From the NCBI GenBank assembly GCA_036276015.1, contig DASUCN010000011.1, positions 16,057-80,056 of the forward strand: a stretch of 64,000 bases of DNA. The letters run 5' to 3'. The position numbers and the translations under genes are program-made. The DNA comes from Gaiellaceae bacterium. GTDB taxonomy: Bacteria > Actinomycetota > Thermoleophilia > Gaiellales > Gaiellaceae. This document shows, piece after piece, positions 45,426 to 54,082 of this stretch. The stretch's first letter is position 1. Each line of letters begins with the position of its first letter. A model generated the notes under the pieces. That model saw only the letters and a list, made by a program, of their open reading frames with translations. It was not told where the DNA came from and made no database searches.

Positions 45426-46097
45426 ATGCCCAGTGCCGTCCTCGTCGCCGACCCCGAGCCCGAGACGCGCGAGTACCTTGGGCGCCAGCTCGCCGACGAC
45501 GGCTTCGCCGTGCTGGGTGCCGCGCGGCGGAGCGAGGCGCTCGAGCTCGTCGAGACGGCGCGACCTGACCTCGTCCTGCTGGGCGAGCTGGACCTCTGCC
45601 TGCGTTTGCGCCGGGGTGAGCCGGGGCGGACGTGGGATCGGAACGTGCCCGTGATCGTCCTCGCCGCCGGGTCCGATCCCGTCGAGCGCGTACGGGCGCT
45701 CGAGCGAGGAGCCGACGATGCGCTCGGCCGGCCGTTCGCCTACGACGAGCTGCTCGCGAGGATCCGGGCGCTGATCCGGCGTACGTCGGCGGCCGCGGAG
45801 GATCGCATCGTCGCGGGCGACCTCGTCATCGACCGCCCGACCCGGCGCGTGAGCGTCCGGGACATCCCGGTCGACCTCTCCGCGAAGGAATTCGAGCTCG
45901 TGTCGAAGCTCGCGTCGGAGCCCTACCGCGTGTGGACGAAGGCGGATCTCCTGCGTGACGTGTGGGGGTTCAAGGCGATCGGGAGGACGCGGACGCTCGA
46001 GTCCCACGCGTCGCGGGTGCGGAAGAAGCTGTGCCTCTCGCCCGAGGATCGTTTCGTCGTGAACGTGTGGGGTGTCGGGTATCGGATGCTGGAGTAG
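45426..46097 (+). CDS. Orphan OmpR-family regulator with a degenerate (pseudo-)receiver domain
   Basis: The winged-helix C-terminus is intact (DLLRDVWGF...VNVWGVGY). In the receiver, the phospho-acceptor position reads LVLLGELD (Gly where Asp is expected, and the loop is shortened). LTA is replaced by LAA and KPF by RPF. Confidence 0.8.
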   Translation: MPSAVLVADPEPETREYLGRQLADDGFAVLGAARRSEALELVETARPDLVLLGELDLCLRLRRGEPGRTWDRNVPVIVLAAGSDPVERVRALERGADDALGRPFAYDELLARIRALIRRTSAAAEDRIVAGDLVIDRPTRRVSVRDIPVDLSAKEFELVSKLASEPYRVWTKADLLRDVWGFKAIGRTRTLESHASRVRKKLCLSPEDRFVVNVWGVGYRMLE

Positions 46098-46108
46098 CAC
46101 GACTCGGG

Positions 46109-47077
46109 CTAACGGGCTGCCTTCCAGTCGATGCCCGTGACGTCGCCACCCTCTTGTCCGAACGAGTGGATGCGATTCCGTCGCGCGTTGGTCGCGTCGA
46201 CGATCCACAGGTCGAGGCTCTCGCACTCGTCGTCGAGGATGACGAACTCGCACTCGACCCGTCGCGTCGCAGCGATGGCGAGCCAGCGGCTGTCCGGCGA
46301 CCAGGACTGAACCCACACGTCTCCCGCCGTCGCGAACACGGTCCTGACGCGACCACTGGCGACATCGAGGATGCGAAACCGGTGAGGCCTGTCGTAGTCC
46401 GAGAACTCGAGGAACGCGATGCGCCGCCCGTCCGGCGACCAGTGCGGATCGCGGCCGTGAAGTGTCGGAGGGCCGAGCCGTCGCACTCCCGTTCCGTCGG
46501 GGCGAATCGTCTTCAAGCGTTCGCGTCCGAACCCGAACGCGATGCGGCTGCCGTCGGGCGACCAGTCCGGATGGCTGATCGTCCACTCCGGCTTTTCATC
46601 GCCTTCCGGTGCGACGAGGATCGGTCGAGGTCGCCCGCCTCGTACTGCGACCGTCCAGAGACCCCACCGATAGCCGCCGGCAGTGGTTCTCGGAGTTCCC
46701 CGCTCGAAGACCAGCTTGGTCCCGTCCGGTGACCAGGCGGCCGACCCGTCGTAGCCGCGCGGGTGACGCCGTGTCACCCGGCGCGCATTGGATCCATCGA
46801 CCTCGCTGAGCCAGATGCCGTCGTCACGCGTGACGGCAAGCATCCGGCCGTCGGGTGACCACGCCGGTTCGTCGCCGACCACGTGCTGGAGCTTGCGCAA
46901 CGCGCGTCCGTCGGGCCGGATCGTGTAGAGCCCGCCCGACCCTTGCCCATCTGCACAGCTCGAGCACGAGAAGACGATGAGGCCGTCCGGAGGACGCGGA
47001 CCTTGCCCGACCGCGCCTACCCCCATCGCACAGAAAGGGACGGCGACAAGAAAGGAGCAAGTGAGAAGCCTCCTCAT
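46109..47077 (-). CDS. Secreted TolB-like beta-propeller protein (PD40 repeats)
   Basis: It has a signal peptide and five WSPDG-type repeats (AWSPDGRMLA, AWSPDGTKLVF, DWSPDGSRIAF, HWSPDGRRIAF, SWSPDSRWLA). Confidence 0.8.
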   Translation of the reverse strand: MRRLLTCSFLVAVPFCAMGVGAVGQGPRPPDGLIVFSCSSCADGQGSGGLYTIRPDGRALRKLQHVVGDEPAWSPDGRMLAVTRDDGIWLSEVDGSNARRVTRRHPRGYDGSAAWSPDGTKLVFERGTPRTTAGGYRWGLWTVAVRGGRPRPILVAPEGDEKPEWTISHPDWSPDGSRIAFGFGRERLKTIRPDGTGVRRLGPPTLHGRDPHWSPDGRRIAFLEFSDYDRPHRFRILDVASGRVRTVFATAGDVWVQSWSPDSRWLAIAATRRVECEFVILDDECESLDLWIVDATNARRNRIHSFGQEGGDVTGIDWKAAR

Positions 47078-47103
47078 GAGCCGATTTTCACAGCCCGCGT
47101 GGA

Positions 47104-47661
47104 TCAGCGTGCGCCCTCGAGCTCCAGGAGCGCCAGCTTGCGCTCGAGGCCGCCGGCGTAGCCGGTGAGGTCGCCGCTCGAGCCGAGGACGCGATGACAG
47201 GGGAGCACGATGGGGATTCGGTTCCGGTTCATGACGGTGCCGACTGCACGAGCGGCGCGGGGATGTCCCACCGTCGCGGCGAGCGCGCCGTACGTGGTCG
47301 TCTGTCCGTACGGCACCCGCGCGAGCTCCTCGAGCACGGAGACGGTGAACGGCGGGAGCGACCGAAGGTCGAGCGTGAGGTCGAAGACGCGCCGCTTCCC
47401 GGCGAAGTACTCGTCGAGCTCGCGACGGGCCGTATCGACCGACCGCGGCGACCGGAGCACGGCCGGGCCGGCGAGACGGGCCACGCGCTCGAGCTGTGCT
47501 TCTGGCTCGGAGTCGAACGAGATCGCTGCCAGGCCGCGCGTCGTAGCGGCGACGAACAGATCGCCGATCGGCGACTCGACGACGTCGAAGCCGACGTCGA
47601 CGAGGTCGAGCGCGAAAGCCGCCTCGCGGAAGCGGCGGTCGAGATCGGGGGAGACGGTCAT
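47104..47661 (-). CDS. ogt: Methylated-DNA--protein-cysteine methyltransferase
   Basis: The active site is IPIVLPCHRV. The start overlaps the sigma-factor stop (ATGA). Confidence 0.9.
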   Translation of the reverse strand: MTVSPDLDRRFREAAFALDLVDVGFDVVESPIGDLFVAATTRGLAAISFDSEPEAQLERVARLAGPAVLRSPRSVDTARRELDEYFAGKRRVFDLTLDLRSLPPFTVSVLEELARVPYGQTTTYGALAATVGHPRAARAVGTVMNRNRIPIVLPCHRVLGSSGDLTGYAGGLERKLALLELEGAR

Positions 47662-48122
47662 GAGGCGATCCTCCTTCGCAGTCGACGGACGCCGGTCGAG
47701 GTCGCCTGACGTGCTGCGTCGGGACTCGACCCGAGGGCGGCCGCTATCTCGTCGTATGAGAGGTCGTATCCGTAGCGCAGCACGACTGCCGCGCGTTCCT
47801 TCGGTCCGAGGCCGTCAGTGAGGTCCGCCAGCTCGGCGTACGCAGGTCGAGAATCCACGGCGGCGGTATCTACGAGCTCCTCGGTTGGGCGTGTCCGGCG
47901 CAGCGTGTCGAGTGCGACGTTCTGGGCGATGGTGAGAACCCACGCACGCAGGTGTTCGCCGTGCTCGAGCCGTCCGTACGCGCGGAGTGCGCGCAGGAAG
48001 GTCTCCTGGAACGCGTCCTCCGCGCGCTGGGCGCCGAGCCGCCGCCGAAGGAGACTCAGCACATCGCCGCGGTGCTCCTCATAGAAGCGCTCGAAGGGGG
48101 GAATCGCCACCGCGTGCATCAT
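47658..48122 (-). CDS. ECF-type sigma-70 family factor
   Basis: The internal start is MMHAV at 48122. Region 2 is FQETFLRALR...LRAWVLTIAQN. Region 4 is ERAAVVLRYGYDLSYDEIAAALG. The upstream 108 aa of the track ORF are junk. Confidence 0.85.
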   Translation of the reverse strand: MMHAVAIPPFERFYEEHRGDVLSLLRRRLGAQRAEDAFQETFLRALRAYGRLEHGEHLRAWVLTIAQNVALDTLRRTRPTEELVDTAAVDSRPAYAELADLTDGLGPKERAAVVLRYGYDLSYDEIAAALGSSPDAARQATSTGVRRLRRRIAS

Positions 48123-48165
48123 CCCGGTCAAACGCAACAGGCCGTCGATCTGTGAGAGTGCGGGC

Positions 48166-48981
48166 ATGAGAGCCGCGGTGGTCGGCCACATCGAGTGGCT
48201 CGAGTTCGTCCCCGTCGAGGCGGTGCCGCGTGCCGGCGAGATCGTCCATGCGACGGAGTCGTGGGAGCAAGCCGCGGGCGGAGGATCGGTGGCGGCCGTG
48301 CAGCTCTCGAAGCTCGCCGACTCGGTGGACTTCTTCACCGCGGTCGGCAACGACGAGCCCGCGCGGCTCGCTCGCGAGGAGCTCGAGGCGCGCGGGATCA
48401 AGGTGCATGCAGCGACGGTCGACGCTCCGCAGCGCGGCGGCTTCACCTACCTCGACGAGGACGGCGAGCGCACGATCACCACCATCGGGCGCAAGTTGCA
48501 TCCGCGCGGCCACGACGACTCCCTCCCGTGGCACGAGCTCGCGCGCTGCGACTGCGTCTACCTGTGCGCGGGAGACGCCGATGCGCTCGTGCACGCGCGC
48601 CGTGCGCGCGTCCTCGTGGCGACGGCGCGGGAGCTCGCCACGCTCCAGCAAGCATCCGTCTTGCTGGATGCGATCGTCTCGAGCGGCAAGGACGAGGCCG
48701 AGCGCTACCAGGCGGGGCAGATCGATCCCGAGCCTCGGCTGGTCGTCACGACGTCGGGTGCACTCGGCGGCTGGGCGCAGCCCGGTGGCCCGTACAGCGC
48801 GGCGCCGCTTCCGCCCCAGCCCGCTGATGCGTACGGAGCCGGGGACTGCTTCGCGGCCGGTCTCGCATTCGCCCTGGCGGCCGGGCTGGAAGGGCTCGAC
48901 GCGCTCGAGTTCGCGGCGCGCTGCGGCGCCGGTGCGTGGGCGGGGCCGGGCGTGCACGCCGAGCCCATCGCGCTGCCATAG
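48166..48981 (+). CDS. PfkB-family (ribokinase-like) sugar kinase
   Basis: It has a GGGS motif near the N-terminus and the C-terminal signature GAGDCFAAG. Confidence 0.85.
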   Translation: MRAAVVGHIEWLEFVPVEAVPRAGEIVHATESWEQAAGGGSVAAVQLSKLADSVDFFTAVGNDEPARLAREELEARGIKVHAATVDAPQRGGFTYLDEDGERTITTIGRKLHPRGHDDSLPWHELARCDCVYLCAGDADALVHARRARVLVATARELATLQQASVLLDAIVSSGKDEAERYQAGQIDPEPRLVVTTSGALGGWAQPGGPYSAAPLPPQPADAYGAGDCFAAGLAFALAAGLEGLDALEFAARCGAGAWAGPGVHAEPIALP

Positions 48982-49101
48982 TCGTCGCGCGCGACGGCGC
49001 CGTGGACGCGTCGGCGCCAACGCCTGCGAGGCAGTCATTCACAGCCTGTGAACGGCTGCCGCACGTCCCGTAGCAGGCAGGTGGGTTCGAGGGGTTGCGG
49101 G

Positions 49102-49136
49102 GTGGGTGAAAGTGGAGTAAGGTGGGGATCCGTGGG
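49102..49136 (+). promoter_or_regulatory. Four direct GTGGG/GTGGA repeats at exact 10-bp phasing: candidate MraZ operator
   Basis: The repeats are GTGGG 49102, GTGGA 49112, GTGGG 49122 and GTGGG 49132, with an additional GTGGG at 49081. The last repeat ends 20 nt before the mraZ ATG. E. coli MraZ is known to bind phased TGGGN direct repeats. Confidence 0.5.
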
Positions 49137-49156
49137 AGATACCCCATGACGAGCCG

Positions 49157-49588
49157 ATGTTCTACGGAACCCACGAGCACACGATCGACGAGAAGAATCG
49201 CCTCACCCTGCCCGCGAAGTTCCGCGATGGGCTGGGCGGTGGGGTGGTGCTCGTGCGCGGCATCGACCGCACGGTCGACGTCTACCCTCGCAAGAGCTGG
49301 GAGGCAAGCGTCGAACGCATCGCCGCGCTCGACTCGCTCACGCGCGAGGCGCGCGAGATGAAGCGGTTCGTGTTCGCGGGGGCAGCCGTCACCGAGGTGG
49401 ACAAGCAGGGACGCGTCCTCGTCCCGCCGGATCTCGCCCGACACGCGGGGCTCGGCAAGGAGGTCGCGGTCGTCGGCGTCAACGACCACATCGAGATCTG
49501 GAACCGCCCGGAGTGGGCGGAACACGTCAGCGCGATCGAAGGGAGCGTCGCAGATGTTGCCGAACGTGCAGCGGACAGACGCAGCTGA
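49157..49588 (+). CDS. mraZ: Transcriptional regulator MraZ
   Basis: It has MFYGTHEHTIDEKNRLTLP and a second DKQGRVLVP repeat (two SpoVT/AbrB-like halves). Confidence 0.95.
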   Translation: MFYGTHEHTIDEKNRLTLPAKFRDGLGGGVVLVRGIDRTVDVYPRKSWEASVERIAALDSLTREAREMKRFVFAGAAVTEVDKQGRVLVPPDLARHAGLGKEVAVVGVNDHIEIWNRPEWAEHVSAIEGSVADVAERAADRRS

Positions 49589-50513
49589 TCACGTCCCCGT
49601 TCTCGCGGAGGAGGTGCGCGAGCTCCTCGACGTGCAGCCGGGGGAGACCGTCGTCGACGCCACCTTCGGCGCGGGCGGCCATTCGCGGATGCTCGTCGCG
49701 GACCTGCAGGGAAGCGGCAAGCTCGTCGCGATCGATCGCGACCAGAGCGTGCGCCTGTACTTCGACCGCGTGAAGGCGTCGACCCGCGGCGTGCAGACCC
49801 GGTTCCTGCGCGGCGACTACGCGGTCGTGCTCTCGCAGCTGGCTTCGAACGGCGTCCGCGCCGACGCGGTGCTTCTCGATCTCGGCCTCTCGTCGATGCA
49901 GGTCGACCGGCCGGAGCGCGGGTTCTCGTACGCGACCGATGCTCCGCTGGACATGCGCATGGACGCGTCGGACGAGCGGAGCGCGGCGGACGTTCTCGCG
50001 ACGTACGACGAGCGGGAGCTCGAGACGATCTTCCGGCGCTTCGGTGAGGAGCGGTACGCGCGCCAGATCGCACGGGGCATCGTGCGGCGGCGGGCCGAGG
50101 AGCCGATTGTTCGGACAGGTCAGCTCGTCGACGTCGTGAAGGCGTCCATCCCCGCGCCAGCCCGGTTCGGCGAGGGGCATCCGGCGAAGCGCGTCTTCCA
50201 GGCACTTCGCATCGAGGTGAATCACGAGCTCGAGTCGCTCGAGACCGGTCTCCCGGCCGCGTTCGAGATGCTGCGCCCGGGGGGCAGGGTCGCCGTCATC
50301 AGCTTCCATTCGCTCGAGGACAGGATCGTGAAGCGGTTCCTCCGCGACCGTGCGCGCGGCTGCACGTGCCCGCCGGAGTTTCCCGTGTGCATGTGCGGAA
50401 AGGAGCCGGAGGCACGCGTGCTGACTCCCAAGCCGATCCGACCCTCGGCTGCGGAGATCGACCACAACCCGCGTGCCAGCTCGGCGCGCCTGCGGGTGGC
50501 GGTTCGGGTCTGA
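49554..50513 (+). CDS. rsmH: 16S rRNA (cytosine1402-N4)-methyltransferase
   Basis: It has HVPVL, DATFGAGGHS, DLGLSSMQVD and SFHSLEDRIVK. GGGAG lies 8 nt upstream of the ATG. It overlaps the mraZ 3' end by 35 nt. Confidence 0.95.
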   Translation: MLPNVQRTDAADHVPVLAEEVRELLDVQPGETVVDATFGAGGHSRMLVADLQGSGKLVAIDRDQSVRLYFDRVKASTRGVQTRFLRGDYAVVLSQLASNGVRADAVLLDLGLSSMQVDRPERGFSYATDAPLDMRMDASDERSAADVLATYDERELETIFRRFGEERYARQIARGIVRRRAEEPIVRTGQLVDVVKASIPAPARFGEGHPAKRVFQALRIEVNHELESLETGLPAAFEMLRPGGRVAVISFHSLEDRIVKRFLRDRARGCTCPPEFPVCMCGKEPEARVLTPKPIRPSAAEIDHNPRASSARLRVAVRV

Positions 50514-50848
50514 TGTCGACGATCGCGCAGCCCTCGCGGGTCCCTCGCGCGCGCTCGGCCTCCACGCGCAAGACGGCGTGGGCCCTCGGCGGCGGCGTCT
50601 TCTGGATCGTGCTCCTCGCCGTGCTCCTCGCAGGCGTCGTCGCGGTGAACGTGGCGGTGCTCCGCCTCAATCTCCAGCTGGACGAGGCGGGTCGCGAGCG
50701 CACGGAGCTGAAGACGGAGATCGCACGGCTGCGGTCCGAGATCTCGAGCGCCGCGGCGACGACGCGGATCGAGCGGCTGGCCGAGGGAGAGCTGGGACTC
50801 GTCGAGGTCGCGCCCGAGGACACGACCTACATCGAGCTCGGGAAGTGA
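50513..50848 (+). CDS. ftsL: Cell division protein FtsL-like (single TM + coiled coil)
   Basis: The position between rsmH and ftsI supports the call. The ATG overlaps the rsmH stop by 1 nt. It has a TM helix (VFWIVLLAVLLAGVVAVNVAVL) followed by a coiled coil. Confidence 0.7.
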   Translation: MSTIAQPSRVPRARSASTRKTAWALGGGVFWIVLLAVLLAGVVAVNVAVLRLNLQLDEAGRERTELKTEIARLRSEISSAAATTRIERLAEGELGLVEVAPEDTTYIELGK

Positions 50849-52533
50849 AGTCGGCGACGACGAACCGCCGCATCGGCGTGCTCGCGGCAGCGTTCCTCGT
50901 TCTCCTCGCCGCAGCCCTAGCCCGGTCGGTGTGGCTCCAGGTGATCAGGGGCCCCGAGTACGCCGCGATGGCGGTGCGGCAGCACCGGGAGACGGTGGTC
51001 GTCCCTGCCGCGCGCGGGTCGATCGTCGACCGGAACGGCGAGCCCCTCGCCCTCGGAAAGGTCGCGACGACCGTGTACGCCAACCCACGCCAGGTAGACG
51101 ACGCGCGCGATCTCACGCTCGCGGCCGGCAAGCTTCTCGGCTCGGATCCCGCCGTCCTCTATCCGACGCTCGTGGACCGCACGAGGGGCTTCGTGTACGT
51201 CGCGCGCAAGGCGGACCCGCGCAAGGCCGAGAAGCTCGAGAAGCTCGGCTATGCGGGCCTCGGCTTCTACCCGGAGGAGCTCCGCTACTACCCGCAAGGG
51301 CCGGTCGCCGCGCAGCTCCTCGGCTTCGCAGGTCTCGACAACGTCGGCCTCGAGGGGCTCGAGCGCTCTCTCGAGGGCACGCTCGCCGGGAAGCCCGGCA
51401 GCCAGACGGTCGTCAAGGATCCGTTCGGCCGTGCGCTCGACGTCGTCGAGACGAAGCCGGAGACACCAGGGAAGGACGTCCGGCTTACGATCGATCGTCA
51501 GATCCAGGCGAATGCAGAGGAAGTGCTCGCCGAGACCGTCCGCCGCTGGTCGGCGAAGTCGGCGACCGCCGTCGTCATGGACCCGCAGACCGGGGCGATC
51601 CTCGCGATGGCTACCGCACCGCGCTTCAACGCGAACCGCTTTCCCACGACGCGCGCCGACCGCCGACGCAACCGCGCGGTGACGGACACGTACGAGCCGG
51701 GATCGACGTTCAAGCTCGTCACGGTCGCGGCCGCGCTCCAGGAGGGAATCGTGAGCCCGCGCTCGTCCTTCCGGCTCGCTCCGACGATCAAGGTCGCGGA
51801 TCGCACCATCCGCGAGGCCCATACGCGCGGGACACAGCGGATGAGCGTGCGCGAGATCGTGGAGTACTCCTCGAACATCGGCACGATCACCATCGCCCAG
51901 CGCCTGGGAGAGGGGCGCCTCGCAGAATGGATCGACCGGTTCGGGTTCGGAAAGCCGACCGGAATCGACTTTCCGGGCGAGTCGTCGGGCTTTGCGCTAC
52001 CGCTCGACCAGTGGTCGGGCTCGACGATCGGCACCGTCCCGATCGGGCACGGCATCGCAGTCACGCCGGTCCAGATGGCGAGCGCCTACGCGGCGATCGC
52101 GAACGGCGGCACGCTCGTGCGACCGCATCTCATCGACCGCGTCGGTGGCGAGAGCGTCGCCGCGCGGAAGGGCAAGCGCCTCGTCTCGCGGACCGTCGCC
52201 GACCAGATGCTCTCGATGCTGCGCGGCGTCGTCGTGGAGGGCACCGGCACGCAGGCGGCGATCCCCGGGTACACCGTCGCAGGCAAGACCGGCACCGCGG
52301 CGAAGATCGACTCGAACGGGCGCTACTCGACCTCCCGCTACGTCGCGTCGTTCGCAGGGCTCGTCCCGGCATCGAAGCCGAAGCTCGTCGTGATGGTCAT
52401 GGTGGACGAGCCGCGCGGCGGCTATTACGGCGGCACCGTCGCCGCTCCCGCATTCCGCGAGATCGCGCGGTTCAACCTGCAGTACCTCGAGATCCCGCAG
52501 GACGCGCCGAAGACCCCAGCGGCTGTGCGCTAG
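50845..52533 (+). CDS. ftsI: Penicillin-binding protein, FtsI-type transpeptidase
   Basis: GTG 50845 overlaps the ftsL stop (GTGA). It has a TM anchor and the motifs STFK, SSN and KTGT. Confidence 0.95.
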   Translation: MKSATTNRRIGVLAAAFLVLLAAALARSVWLQVIRGPEYAAMAVRQHRETVVVPAARGSIVDRNGEPLALGKVATTVYANPRQVDDARDLTLAAGKLLGSDPAVLYPTLVDRTRGFVYVARKADPRKAEKLEKLGYAGLGFYPEELRYYPQGPVAAQLLGFAGLDNVGLEGLERSLEGTLAGKPGSQTVVKDPFGRALDVVETKPETPGKDVRLTIDRQIQANAEEVLAETVRRWSAKSATAVVMDPQTGAILAMATAPRFNANRFPTTRADRRRNRAVTDTYEPGSTFKLVTVAAALQEGIVSPRSSFRLAPTIKVADRTIREAHTRGTQRMSVREIVEYSSNIGTITIAQRLGEGRLAEWIDRFGFGKPTGIDFPGESSGFALPLDQWSGSTIGTVPIGHGIAVTPVQMASAYAAIANGGTLVRPHLIDRVGGESVAARKGKRLVSRTVADQMLSMLRGVVVEGTGTQAAIPGYTVAGKTGTAAKIDSNGRYSTSRYVASFAGLVPASKPKLVVMVMVDEPRGGYYGGTVAAPAFREIARFNLQYLEIPQDAPKTPAAVR

Positions 52534-52600
52534 AACTGACGATTGACATGGCAGTCACGACGACGCGGCCGCGGAGCGGCCGCCTTCAGGGGTCTCCGCG

Positions 52601-52631
52601 GATCGGAACTCCGCGCTAGCGGATTCCGATC
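52601..52631. repeat. Intergenic hairpin repeat, copy C, inside the dcw operon (gatcggaactccgc-gcta-gcggattccgatc)
   Basis: It has the same core as copies A and B, with one bulged C. It ends 11 nt before the murE ATG (52643). Confidence 0.65.
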
Positions 52632-52642
52632 CTGCGCGAACA

Positions 52643-54082
52643 ATGGACTTGGACGTTCTGGTCCGGGCGCTCGCGCCGAGCGAGGTCGTCGCGTCGCGGC
52701 CGCTCGAGATTCGCGACCTCGCGTACGACACCCGGAGCGTCTCCAGTGGCGCGCTCTTCTTCTGCGTCTCCGGGGACCGGGTGGACGGCCACGATCTCGC
52801 CTGGGAGGCGATCGAGCGCGGTGCCGTCGCGGTCGTCGTGGAGCGCGAGCTCGAGGTCCGCGTCCCGCAGCTCGTCGTCGACTCGACGCGAGAGGCCATG
52901 CCGATCGCTGCGGACGTTTTCTTCGGCGAGCCGACGAAGGAGCTCGAGCTCGCGGGAGTGACGGGCACGAACGGGAAGACGACGACCGCGTTCCTCCTGC
53001 GCGGGATCCTCGAGGCTGCGGGCCGCAGGCCCGGGCTCGTCGGCACGGTCGAGTGGCACGTGGGCGGCGAGCCCCGGCCAGCTCCGTTCACGACGCCAGA
53101 GGCGATCGACCTGCAGCGGCTCTTCCGCGAGATGCTCGACGCGGGTGACCGGAGCGCGGCCGTGGAGGCGAGCTCGCACGGATCGGCACTTCGCCGCCTC
53201 GACCGCGTCCGCTTCGACGCGCTCGTGTTCACCAACCTGAGCCAGGATCACCTCGACCTGCACGGGTCGATGGACGCCTACTTCGCCGCGAAGCGGAGGC
53301 TGTTCACGAGTGCCTCCCCGCCGCCGGCGGCGGTGAACGTCGGTGACGAGTGGGGCAGACGGCTCGCCGAGGATCTCTCGGACGGCCACCGTGCACCGCT
53401 CGTGACGTTCGGCCTGGCGGAAGGAGCCGACGTGCGCCCCGAGGGGCTGGTCGTCGACGCGCGGGGCAGCCGCTTTCGTGCCGCCGGGATCGAGATCGAG
53501 ACTCACCTGCGCGGTGCGTTCAACGTGGAGAACGCGCTCGGCGCCGTGGCGGCGGGGCTACTGCTCGACGTCGAGGAGGACGCGATCGCCCGGGGCATCG
53601 CTGCCGTCGACGGGGTGCCGGGGCGGTTCGAGTCGATCGACGAGGGCCAGCCGTTCGCCGTCGTCGTCGACTACGCACACACGCCCGACTCGCTCGCGAC
53701 CGTGCTCGAGGCCGCCCGCGGTCTCGGCGGAGGGCGCGTGATCGTGGTCTTCGGAGCCGGGGGCGACCGCGACCGCGGCAAACGCCCGCTCATGGGTAAG
53801 GTCGCGGCGGACCTCGCCGACGTCGTCATCGTCACCTCGGACAACCCGCGCTCCGAGGAGCCGCTCGAGATCATCCAGGACGTCCTGCAGGGTGCCGGCC
53901 TCGACGTCGAGATCGACCCGGACCGGCGCAGCGCGATCGCGCGGGCCGTATCGCTCGCGGAAGCCGGAGACGTCGTCGTCGTCGCCGGGAAGGGCCACGA
54001 GCAAGGCCAGGATGTCGAAGGCGTCGTGACGCCGTTCGACGACCGCGAGGTCGCGCGCGAGGCCGTTCGGGGCCGCCTGTGA
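52643..54082 (+). CDS. murE: UDP-N-acetylmuramoyl-L-alanyl-D-glutamate--2,6-diaminopimelate ligase
   Basis: It has GVTGTNGKTTT and the DNPR motif (SDNPRSE), which is associated with meso-DAP specificity. Confidence 0.95.
   Translation: MDLDVLVRALAPSEVVASRPLEIRDLAYDTRSVSSGALFFCVSGDRVDGHDLAWEAIERGAVAVVVERELEVRVPQLVVDSTREAMPIAADVFFGEPTKELELAGVTGTNGKTTTAFLLRGILEAAGRRPGLVGTVEWHVGGEPRPAPFTTPEAIDLQRLFREMLDAGDRSAAVEASSHGSALRRLDRVRFDALVFTNLSQDHLDLHGSMDAYFAAKRRLFTSASPPPAAVNVGDEWGRRLAEDLSDGHRAPLVTFGLAEGADVRPEGLVVDARGSRFRAAGIEIETHLRGAFNVENALGAVAAGLLLDVEEDAIARGIAAVDGVPGRFESIDEGQPFAVVVDYAHTPDSLATVLEAARGLGGGRVIVVFGAGGDRDRGKRPLMGKVAADLADVVIVTSDNPRSEEPLEIIQDVLQGAGLDVEIDPDRRSAIARAVSLAEAGDVVVVAGKGHEQGQDVEGVVTPFDDREVAREAVRGRL

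Noticed and set aside
49038-49052. A CRP/FNR-type site upstream of mraZ (TTCACA-gcc-TGTGAA).
   Set aside because: The half-sites are in the opposite orientation and at a different spacing (N3) from the TGTGA-N6-TCACA consensus. I note it only as a generic palindrome within the MraZ-box finding.
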